The notes under the pieces: model-generated
Database searches by the model: none
Seen by the model: only the letters and a program-made list of their open reading frames with translations
Told to the model about the DNA's origin: nothing
Part shown: positions 1 through 7,810 of the stretch, in pieces
How positions within the stretch are numbered: position 1 is the stretch's first letter
Layout: each line of letters starts with the position of its first letter
Assembly: GCA_963735875.1 (NCBI GenBank)
Contig: CAVTMO010000007.1
Coordinates: forward strand, 449,783-513,782
DNA: 64,000 nucleotides
Origin: an uncultured Acidobacteriota bacterium
Lineage (GTDB): Bacteria > Acidobacteriota > Vicinamibacteria > Vicinamibacterales > UBA2999
Direction of reading: 5' to 3'
Program-made: the position numbers and the translations under genes

Positions 1-2
1 GG

Positions 3-761
3 GGGCAGTACGGCTTCCTGCAGCTGGGCGACTATGCCGGTGCCCGTGAACGGATTGGCGCCTTCGAAGAGCTGCTGAAGACGACCAAGCACCCCCGCGC
101 GGTCGGCACGCTCGTGCTGGTGAACGCCCGCTACATCATCGAGACCGAGGAGTGGAAGGTGCAGCCGGTGGCCGACGGCGCCTCGGCCGAGACCATCCTC
201 GCCAACGGCATGAGCGCGGTGAGGACCGGCGACCTGGCCACCGCGGAGAAGATGGCGGCGATGCTGACGGCCAAGGCCGGTGGTCCGCCCGCTGCCGGCA
301 GCGGCGGTGCCCACGCCGACCACGGGGCGGCGCCGGTGCCCGCCGCCGGCGGCGAGAATCCCGACGCCGGCAAGGGCGATCGGGTGATGGCGATGGAGCT
401 CGCCGCGCTGGTCGCCGAGGCCAAGGGCCAGAAGGATCAGGCGATCGCGCTGCTCACCGAGGCGGTGAAGATCGAGGAGAGCATGCGACCGCCCAGGGGC
501 GCCGCCGATCCGGTGAAGCCCTCGCACGAGGTGCTGGGCGACGTGCTGTTGCGGGCCGGCAGGGCCAAGGAGGCCGCCGCGGCCTTCGATGCCAGCCTGC
601 TGCTGATGCCGAACCGGGCGCGGGCGCTGATGGGCGCCGCCCAGGCGCACGCCGCCGCCGGCAACGCCGAGGCTGCGGCCGCGCGTCACAAGACGCTGAT
701 GACGTTCTGGAAGGGTAAGGCGCCGGCGTCGCCGACGTCGACTGCGGCGCCCCAGCGGTAA
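3..761 (+). CDS. C-terminal part of a TPR-like helical-repeat protein (5' end lies outside the window)
   Basis: The frame is open from base 3 to TAA at 759-761. Ala/Leu-rich helical repeats (AIALLTEAVKIEE, AAAFDASLLLMPNRARALMGAAQAHAAAGN) resemble TPR. The listed GTG at 114 is probably internal. Confidence 0.5.
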   Translation, partial: GQYGFLQLGDYAGARERIGAFEELLKTTKHPRAVGTLVLVNARYIIETEEWKVQPVADGASAETILANGMSAVRTGDLATAEKMAAMLTAKAGGPPAAGSGGAHADHGAAPVPAAGGENPDAGKGDRVMAMELAALVAEAKGQKDQAIALLTEAVKIEESMRPPRGAADPVKPSHEVLGDVLLRAGRAKEAAAAFDASLLLMPNRARALMGAAQAHAAAGNAEAAAARHKTLMTFWKGKAPASPTSTAAPQR

Positions 762-804
762 CCGGCTGCGGCTCCGTCCGGCGTGCAGGCCGCGCGATCT
801 CGTC

Positions 805-1629
805 ATGGCGCGCCACCCGGCGCCCTCGCCTTGGCCGCTGCGCCGGCCGTGGCTGGCCGCGCTCTGCGGTCTGCTGCTGGCGGGGCCGGCCGCCGCCCAG
901 CAACCCTTCGTCGTCGACGACGCCGGGATCACGCAGGTCGGAACCGTCCACATCGAGCTGAGTGATCAGGTCGACGGCCTGCGCCCGTCCGCTCGCCCGA
1001 CCCGCTGGCAGAACGTCGTCAAGGTGGCGGTGAATACCGGCGTGGCCGGCTGGCTGGAGCTGGGTGCGACCGTGCCGTTCATCAGCCTGGTCGCCGAGCG
1101 GAGCGCCTCGCCGCAGGTCGTGTCGGGGATCGGCGACACGACGGTGAGCGCCAAGGCCCGCTTCACGCGTCAGCCCGGCGCCCGCCATGCGTTCGCCGGC
1201 AGCATGACGCTGGGCATACCGAGCGGTGAACGCAGTCGAAACCTCGGATCCGGCCTCGTCGACTACGGCCTGTCGGCGATCTCGCAGCACCGGCTCGACG
1301 ACCGCTGGACGCTGCGGCTCAATGCCGGGGCGGTGCTCGCCGGCAACACGACCACCGGCCTGGTCGGCATCAAGCAGCGTGGCGCGGTGCTCACCGGGGG
1401 CAGCTCGCTCGTCGCCCAGGTCGGCGCCAGGCTGCAGATCGGCGCCGAATTCGCGATCGCGTGGTCGCAGAAGGCGACGCTGGTCGGCTCGCTGGCCACC
1501 GCGCAGATCGGCGGCAACTTCCTGCTGCGCGACGGCTGCACGCTCGACTTCGGTGTGGGCACCGGCTGGTTCGACTCCAGCCCCCGCACGAGCCTGCAGG
1601 TCGGCCTGTCGATCGACCTGTCACGCTAG
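805..1629 (+). CDS. Outer-membrane beta-barrel protein (MetA-pathway/Transp_Meta-like)
   Basis: Signal peptide (LAALCGLLLAGPAAAQQ). Alternating beta-strand pattern with GIGDTT and GSGLVDYG motifs. C-terminal strand LQVGLSIDLSR. Confidence 0.55.
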   Translation: MARHPAPSPWPLRRPWLAALCGLLLAGPAAAQQPFVVDDAGITQVGTVHIELSDQVDGLRPSARPTRWQNVVKVAVNTGVAGWLELGATVPFISLVAERSASPQVVSGIGDTTVSAKARFTRQPGARHAFAGSMTLGIPSGERSRNLGSGLVDYGLSAISQHRLDDRWTLRLNAGAVLAGNTTTGLVGIKQRGAVLTGGSSLVAQVGARLQIGAEFAIAWSQKATLVGSLATAQIGGNFLLRDGCTLDFGVGTGWFDSSPRTSLQVGLSIDLSR

Positions 1630-1637
1630 CCTGTTTG

Positions 1638-3251
1638 TCAGTCGCCGGCTTCGGCCATCGCCTGGATCCGGGCCCGCTCGGCCTTGGATCCGGCGATCGC
1701 CAGTTCCAGCGCGTCGTCCGAGAGGCTGGTGAGGTCGGCCGCGGCACTCTTGGCGTCGGCATGCTCGACCGCGCGCGAGAGCACTTCGGCGTTGGTCGCC
1801 CCCGCCTTCTTGCCGAGGAAGGGCTTCACAATCAGGTAGATGACGTCGCGCAGCGGCATGAAACGCAGGAACCGCCCCAGCAGCCGGAAGGTCTGGATGG
1901 GGAAGCGCGTGAACTTGTAGAGGATGAGCTTCCGCATCTCCTCCGAGCGGATGCGGTGGACTTCCTCGCCCGGCAGGCAGCTCGGATCGATCGAGGTGCA
2001 CTTGAAGTACTTGTACCAGTCGGCGGCGTCGTTGACGAGGCCGCGCTTGACGTACTCCTGCCACAGCGGCGTGCCGCGATAGACACACAGGCGGTTGAAG
2101 CCGAAGCTGTCGATGCGGATCTTCGACGCGAAGCGGAACGTCGCCCGCAGGTCCTCCTCGGTCTCGTCGGGAATGCCGACGACGAAGAAGCCGTGGACGA
2201 TTTCGATGCCGGCGGCCTTGGCATTGGTGACCGCCGACTCGATCTGCTCGAGCGTCTGCTCCTTCTTGAGGCGGTCGAGGATCTTCTGGCTGCCGCTCTC
2301 GATGCCGAACATGACCGTGCGGCAGCCGGATTGCGCCAGCTTGGGGAAGAGGTGCTGCGCCACCGAATCGACGCGGCCCTCGAGCCCGTATTTGATCGGA
2401 TTCCTGGCGGCGATGAGGCCGTCGCAGATCGCCTCGATGCGCTTGGGCTGGAGCAGGAAGTGGTCATCCACGAAGTAGACCGAGCCGTACCCATCCTTCC
2501 GCAGCTGCTCGAACTCGGCGATGACGTGGGCGGGAGTCCGCGCCCGCCACTTGCCCTCGTTGAAGATCGGGATGTCGCAGAACACGCAGGGCCACGGACA
2601 GCCGCGCGACGTCTGCATGGTGGTGAAACGATCCAGCGACAGCACCGCCGGGACGTCGAGCGGCATCGACTCGACGAAGTCGAGCGGCAGGCTCTCGCGG
2701 TCGGGGAAGGGCCACTGGTCGAGGTCGCGCGGCAGCGCCCGGTTCGGGTTGTTGCGGAGCGTGCCGTCCTTCTCCTGCCAGGTGACGCCGGTCACCGTGT
2801 CGGGATCGTTCAGGTGCTCGAGCAGGTCGACGATGAGCTGCTCGCCGTCGCCCCGGCACACGAAGTCGACTTCCCGGCACTGCGCCTTGACCAGTGGCGC
2901 GTTCAGCGTGGCGAACACGCCGCCGAACGCCAGCTTGACGTCGGCATCGGCGGCGCGCAGCTGCCGCGCCAGGACCTTGGCGTAGGGATAGCTGGTGGTC
3001 GACAGGAAGCTCATGCCGACCAGGTCGGGCTTTTGCCGCCGCATCTCGTCGACGATGACGGTGTTGGGCGTGTCGGGATTGGCCTGATCGAACATCGTGA
3101 CCTCGTGGCCGGCGCGCTTGAGCACCGACGAGAGGGACATGATGCCGATCGGTGGGAACCCCATGACCTGCAGGCGGCCGTTCGCGGCCCGTGCCTGTCG
3201 CGGGATGGCGTAGAACTGTGGATCGCGAACGTGGATCAGGAAGGCTCGCAC
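1638..3251 (-). CDS. B12-binding (class B) radical SAM enzyme
   Basis: N-terminal cobalamin-binding-like Rossmann segment (GFPPIGIMSLSSVLKRAGHEVTMFDQ). CxxxCxxC cluster motif SRGCPWPCVFCD. GTG start 32 nt downstream of the preceding DUF4159 gene on the same strand. Confidence 0.8.
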   Translation of the reverse strand: MRAFLIHVRDPQFYAIPRQARAANGRLQVMGFPPIGIMSLSSVLKRAGHEVTMFDQANPDTPNTVIVDEMRRQKPDLVGMSFLSTTSYPYAKVLARQLRAADADVKLAFGGVFATLNAPLVKAQCREVDFVCRGDGEQLIVDLLEHLNDPDTVTGVTWQEKDGTLRNNPNRALPRDLDQWPFPDRESLPLDFVESMPLDVPAVLSLDRFTTMQTSRGCPWPCVFCDIPIFNEGKWRARTPAHVIAEFEQLRKDGYGSVYFVDDHFLLQPKRIEAICDGLIAARNPIKYGLEGRVDSVAQHLFPKLAQSGCRTVMFGIESGSQKILDRLKKEQTLEQIESAVTNAKAAGIEIVHGFFVVGIPDETEEDLRATFRFASKIRIDSFGFNRLCVYRGTPLWQEYVKRGLVNDAADWYKYFKCTSIDPSCLPGEEVHRIRSEEMRKLILYKFTRFPIQTFRLLGRFLRFMPLRDVIYLIVKPFLGKKAGATNAEVLSRAVEHADAKSAAADLTSLSDDALELAIAGSKAERARIQAMAEAGD

Positions 3252-3283
3252 TGGCAGCGGTATTGTACAGCGCCTTGCGGCGG

Positions 3284-4123
3284 TCAGTGGCTCATCGCGT
3301 AGAGCATGATGTTCAGCGCCGTCGCGTAGCCGTTGGGCGAGTAGGTGTAGAAATACTCCGGGTCTTCGCCCTCGCGCTCCCAGGCGTCGGAGATGTCGGT
3401 GTTGTGCGTGGCCAGCACCATCAGCTCACCCTTGGCGTTGGTGATGCCGCGCAGGTGCACCTCGGCGCTGTCCTCGCCACGCTCCGACGACGTCGCCCCG
3501 CCCGATCCCCGCCAGAACTGGATCGACGGAATCTGCGGGATCGCCGACAGCGGAAACATCATCCGGTAGATGGGGTGATCGGACCCGAAGTCCTTGATCG
3601 GATACTGCGCTGGCGGCAGGACGCGGGCGATCTCGCCCTCGAAGACGTCCCAGGCCCGCGGGCCCCAGAAGTCGTCGACCCACAGGAAGCCGCCCTTCAG
3701 CAGGTAGTCGCGCAGGGCGAGCACCTCGTCGTCGCGCAGCTCCATCGTGCCGACGTCCGCCCCGAGCACGAACGGGCAGCGGTACAGCCACGGGTCGGTG
3801 AGGCGCACCACCCAGTGGTTCGGCACGCCGCTGGGCTGCTTGCTCACCCGCGTCTTGGTCAGCTCGGCGAAGCGGATCGAGAAGTTGATGTCGGCGTCGG
3901 GGTAGTCGGTGGACCAGCCCTGGCCACCGGGCTCGCGCCAGCGGCCCGAGTACATCACCCGGCAGAACGTGAAGCCGCCGTCGAAGCTGGCGTCGCTGGT
4001 CGGCAGCCGCGGCGGGACGCGGCGCATGCGCCCGTAGTAGCCGCCGCCCCACTGCGCCGAGGCGCCAGCCGCGGCCAGCAGCACCAGTGCCGTCGTGGCA
4101 GCGACGGCGCGACGGATCGTCAC
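3284..4123 (-). CDS. DUF4159 domain protein (copy 1), secreted
   Basis: Signal peptide (ALVLLAAAGASAQ). Motifs FTFCRVMY, WSTDYPDADINFSIRF, LLKGGFLWVDDFWG. The GTG start overlaps the upstream stop as GTGA. Confidence 0.75.
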   Translation of the reverse strand: MTIRRAVAATTALVLLAAAGASAQWGGGYYGRMRRVPPRLPTSDASFDGGFTFCRVMYSGRWREPGGQGWSTDYPDADINFSIRFAELTKTRVSKQPSGVPNHWVVRLTDPWLYRCPFVLGADVGTMELRDDEVLALRDYLLKGGFLWVDDFWGPRAWDVFEGEIARVLPPAQYPIKDFGSDHPIYRMMFPLSAIPQIPSIQFWRGSGGATSSERGEDSAEVHLRGITNAKGELMVLATHNTDISDAWEREGEDPEYFYTYSPNGYATALNIMLYAMSH

Positions 4124-7100
4124 CGGGGCTGCCCTCGCTGCTGCTTGGCCAGGCTCCGGTAGTACTCCTCGACCATGCTCTTGAACTCCGCCGGCACGTC
4201 GTCGCTGCCCGACAGCAGCACGTCCTTGGCCTCGCCATCGAGCTGGCGCCGCAGGCCGAACTCGAAGCGGCGCAGCCCCTCGCTCACCCCCGCCTGCAGC
4301 CGCGCCAGCTCCTGCACGTCGCGGTAGACGCGGTCGTCGTCGAGGGCCTTGAGGCGCTTCAGGATCTCGTCGAGGTTGCGGGTGTCCACGCCCTCGCCCC
4401 GCAGCGCCCGCCGCAGCGCCTCGAGGTCCTGGCTGTAGCGGCGAGCCTCGCCGCGGAACTGCCGGATGTCGTCGTTGGTGAAGTTGCCGGGCCGGGCGTT
4501 GCCCCAGCCCCCGTTGTCGTCCCAGCCGCCGAAGGTGTCGCCGTAGCCGCCGCCCCCGGCCTGACCGTCGGTATTGGCCTGGCCCGCCTGGCCGCCCTGG
4601 CCCTCCTGGCCCTGCTGTCCTGCCTGTCCCGCCTGGCCTTCCTGGCCTTGCTGACCGGCCTGACCCTGTTGGCCGGCTTGGCCCTGCTGCCCGGCTTGGC
4701 CTTGCTGCCCCTGCTGTCCCTGCTGGCCCTGTTGCCCGGCCTGGCCCTGCTGGCCGCGTTGTCCCGGCTGGCGCTGCTGTCCGTCCTGACCCTGGGCGTT
4801 GGCCTGCTGGCCCTGCCGGTCCTGCCCGGTCGCGCGCTCCTGCATGCGCCGGCCCAGCGAATCCACGCCGCGCACGAGCTCGCGCGCCCGCGCCCGCGTG
4901 TCCTCGCCGTTTTCACCGGCGGCGCCGCTCTTGCCGATCGCCGACGAGGCTTCGGCCAGCTTGCGGCGCAGATCCATCAGGTCCGATCCGATGTCGGCAT
5001 CCATCTCGGCGCCGGCGCCCGGATCGGCGTCACGCCCGACGAACTGGCGCGAGTAGCGCAGCTTTTCCTTGGTCTTGTCGTCGCGAATCCCGCTGGCGGC
5101 CTCCTGCAGCCGGCGCGACGAGTCCTTTTCGCCACGGGCCATCTCGTTGGAGAGCCGATCGAGCTGCTGCTCCAGCTGGCCCAGCTTCGAAGACAGGCCC
5201 TCGCGGCGCTGCGCGTTCAGCTGCGACTTCTGCAGCCGATCGGCGCCGGCGTTGTTCAACTGCTCGGCGTCGCTGGCCACGTCGGCGTGCTCGCGCGAGA
5301 TCTCCTCGGCCTGGCGCACGGCATCCTGCACGTCGCGCTCCGAGCGGGCCGCCTGCGCGCCCTGCAGTTGTCGCTGCGCCTGCTGCAGGCGCTCGGCGGC
5401 GGCGGAGGCCTGCCCGGCGGCACTGGGGTCGTTGCCCGCCGCGGCGCGCCGCATCGCATCGGCGGCCTGCTGCATCTGGCGCGCGGCGTTGGCCAGGTCG
5501 GGCCGGTTCTGTTCGCGCGACAGGCGCTCGAGCTGACGGGCCGCCTCCTCGGCCTGCTCGGCCAGGGCCCGTTGCTGATCGCCGCCGCCCGAGGCCGCCT
5601 GTCCGGCGGCCCGGCGGCGCTGGCGCTCGAGTTCCTGCTGCTGGCGCCGGGCCAGCTCCTTCAGCTTCTCGGCCAGCGCGTCGATCCGCTGCTCGGCCTG
5701 GTCCGACTGCGCGCGCGAGCTGGTTTCGTACTGGTTGGCCATCTTGTCCATCTCGAGCTCGAACAAGTCGGCCAGATCCTCGGCAATCGACCCTGCCTGC
5801 TGCCCGCCGCCACCGCCGCCGCTCTGGTTGCGGGTCTGCACCTGCGTCTCGTATTCCTCTTCCGCCTGCTGCAGGTACTGCAGCGCCTTCTGCTCCGGCG
5901 GGAGCGCGCCGTCGGGGCTCCGCTGCTGCAGCTTGGCCTCGGCGGCCTTCATCTCCGCCACCGCCAGCGGCAGCACCTCGGCGATCTTCTGGAAGCTGGG
6001 ATCGGGCGCCACCAGTCGCGAGTTCATGCGGCTGACCAGGCCCTCGACCTGCTCGCGCAGCCGGCCCTGCGACAGGGTCAGCACCACGGTGCTCTCGCGC
6101 AGTTTCTCGGCCGACATCGTCCGCTTCTCGCGCACGGTGTTGAAGGTGGCGGCGATGATCTGCCGCTGGGCCTCCGACAACGCGCCAACTTCGGCGCCGC
6201 CGCCCCCGCCACCGCCGCCACCACCGGCCATCGAGGTGGCCGGCTTGAAGTCCTTGCCGAACGGCCGGATGCGCAGGAAGTACATGTCGCTGGTCGCCTG
6301 CTTGCCGCCACCGCTGTCGTTGTCGGCGGCCCGCGCGTAGTAGGCCACCGCGTCCCCGGCCTCGACGCCGAGCTCCTCCATGTAGAAGGTGTGTCCGGCG
6401 GTCACCTCCTCGAGACGCCGGGCGCCGCGGTAGAGCGGGACGATCTTCTCTGCACTGCCGTTCACCGAGTAGACGAGCTCGAGGTTGCGCACGCCGAAGT
6501 CGTCGTCGGCGCGGGCCTCGACGAAGAACTCCTCCACCGGCGTGGCGTTGGTGTCGCGACCGGGCTTGGCGATCGACACGGTGGGCGCCATGTCGGTGAG
6601 CACGTCGATGACGTACTGCGGCGAGGCGGTGATCATCTTGCCGTCGGGGCCCTGCATGCCGACGCGGTAGAAGCCGTCCTTGTCGGCGACGAACCGGCCG
6701 GTCAGCTTGCCCTCGGCGCCGGCGGTGAGCGGCACCGCGGCGCTTTCGTGCAGCGTGAGCTCGCCGGCCGGCGTCGGCATGGTCGGGGTGACGGTGACGA
6801 GCACCTCGGTGCCGACCAGCACGGCGATGTCGCCGGCGTCCTCCACGACCCGGGGCTCGAGGCCGGTGTAGGCGGGGAAGTGGTACTCGAGGTCGATGCG
6901 CTGGGCGTAGGGCAGGTCGATGACTTCGAGGGTGAAGGTGTCCGACCGCACGCCGGCCGCCTCGGCCAGGAACTCGAGCTTCGCGTCGAGGTCGAAGATC
7001 ATGCCCTCGAACGTGCCGTTGTCGCCCTTGAGCAGCGGCACGCGCTCGAACGAGGTCGCGTCGCCCTTGCGGACCAGCAGCACGGCGTCGTCGGCGGTGA

Positions 7101-7767
7101 AGCCGCTCAGCGTGGCGGTGAAGGTCTGATCCGAGCCGCGCGGCACGGTGCCGCTGCCGGGCGTGACCGCGATCCGATACGGCGCCGCCGCCTCCACGCC
7201 CTGCCACGAGAACATCGCGGTGAGGCTCTGGCGCAGGTAGGCGGGCCCGAGGATGAAGACGGCCAAGGCGAGGGCCAGGGCGCCGGCGGCCATCAGCCCG
7301 TACTTCTTGAGCAGCGGCTGCTCGATCCCGCGGCCGTCGTCCACGGCCTGGCAGCGGGCGATGGCTTCCTCGACCAGCTTGCGGACGAACGCCGGCGAGT
7401 GCTCCTGCGGGTTGCCGTTGCGCTCGGCGCTCATCGCGCTCAGCAGCAGCGTGTTCAGCGACGGTTCGTGCTCTTCGAGGTACAGCGCCACCTGCTCGTC
7501 GCTCACCTGACGGAGCAGCGGGCGGCCGAACGCCCACGCCGCCAGGCCGAGGATGGCGGCGATGGTGCCGATGCGGAAGGCGAGGATGGCGGTGGGGGTG
7601 AAGCGCAGCGCCTCGAGGGCGAACCCGGCGGCGATCAGGATGACGGCGCTGGCCACCACCACCTGCAGGACGGCGCGCACCAGGAGCTTGCGCCGCCAGC
7701 GAGCGCGCACCTCGCGGATGACGCCCGCGACGTCGCCAGTGGACACGTTCGGTCGCTCGCGGAGCAT
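4120..7767 (-). CDS. Large membrane-anchored DUF4175-like protein with beta-rich, coiled-coil and collagen-like Gly-Gln-X regions
   Basis: Intact 1215-aa ORF with GAGGAGG upstream of the ATG. N-terminal TM helices (VVVASAVILIAAGFAL, IGTIAAILGLAAWAF, LMAAGALALALAVFILG). Poly-Gly runs, long E/R/Q/A-rich helical segments, and a conserved-looking tail VPAEFKSMVEEYYRSLAK. Confidence 0.7.
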   Translation of the reverse strand: MLRERPNVSTGDVAGVIREVRARWRRKLLVRAVLQVVVASAVILIAAGFALEALRFTPTAILAFRIGTIAAILGLAAWAFGRPLLRQVSDEQVALYLEEHEPSLNTLLLSAMSAERNGNPQEHSPAFVRKLVEEAIARCQAVDDGRGIEQPLLKKYGLMAAGALALALAVFILGPAYLRQSLTAMFSWQGVEAAAPYRIAVTPGSGTVPRGSDQTFTATLSGFTADDAVLLVRKGDATSFERVPLLKGDNGTFEGMIFDLDAKLEFLAEAAGVRSDTFTLEVIDLPYAQRIDLEYHFPAYTGLEPRVVEDAGDIAVLVGTEVLVTVTPTMPTPAGELTLHESAAVPLTAGAEGKLTGRFVADKDGFYRVGMQGPDGKMITASPQYVIDVLTDMAPTVSIAKPGRDTNATPVEEFFVEARADDDFGVRNLELVYSVNGSAEKIVPLYRGARRLEEVTAGHTFYMEELGVEAGDAVAYYARAADNDSGGGKQATSDMYFLRIRPFGKDFKPATSMAGGGGGGGGGGAEVGALSEAQRQIIAATFNTVREKRTMSAEKLRESTVVLTLSQGRLREQVEGLVSRMNSRLVAPDPSFQKIAEVLPLAVAEMKAAEAKLQQRSPDGALPPEQKALQYLQQAEEEYETQVQTRNQSGGGGGGQQAGSIAEDLADLFELEMDKMANQYETSSRAQSDQAEQRIDALAEKLKELARRQQQELERQRRRAAGQAASGGGDQQRALAEQAEEAARQLERLSREQNRPDLANAARQMQQAADAMRRAAAGNDPSAAGQASAAAERLQQAQRQLQGAQAARSERDVQDAVRQAEEISREHADVASDAEQLNNAGADRLQKSQLNAQRREGLSSKLGQLEQQLDRLSNEMARGEKDSSRRLQEAASGIRDDKTKEKLRYSRQFVGRDADPGAGAEMDADIGSDLMDLRRKLAEASSAIGKSGAAGENGEDTRARARELVRGVDSLGRRMQERATGQDRQGQQANAQGQDGQQRQPGQRGQQGQAGQQGQQGQQGQQGQAGQQGQAGQQGQAGQQGQEGQAGQAGQQGQEGQGGQAGQANTDGQAGGGGYGDTFGGWDDNGGWGNARPGNFTNDDIRQFRGEARRYSQDLEALRRALRGEGVDTRNLDEILKRLKALDDDRVYRDVQELARLQAGVSEGLRRFEFGLRRQLDGEAKDVLLSGSDDVPAEFKSMVEEYYRSLAKQQRGQPR
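4576..4791 (-). repeat. Coding tandem triplet repeat: 21 uninterrupted Gly-Gln-X triplets (4576-4764), plus a further interrupted stretch up to 4791
   Basis: Translation reads GQR GQQ GQA GQQ GQQ GQQ GQQ GQA GQQ GQA GQQ GQA GQQ GQE GQA GQA GQQ GQE GQG GQA GQA. The DNA is an imperfect 9-nt CTGGCCCTG-type repeat on the plus strand. Confidence 0.9.
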
Positions 7768-7810
7768 CGATCCTCCTCGTGCCGGCGCCTGCGCCGAGCT
7801 TCCGACCCGT

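Noticed and set aside
1630-3283. Search for a RiPP precursor peptide next to the B12 radical SAM gene
   Set aside because: The flanks are only 8 nt (1630-1637) and 32 nt (3252-3283). No short ORF with a leader/core appearance exists on either side.
4560-4800. Regular short DNA repeats that could be mistaken for a CRISPR array or a VNTR locus
   Set aside because: The period is 9 nt with no spacers, and the repeats lie in frame within a long ORF encoding Gly-Gln-X triplets. It is a coding tandem repeat, not a CRISPR array.
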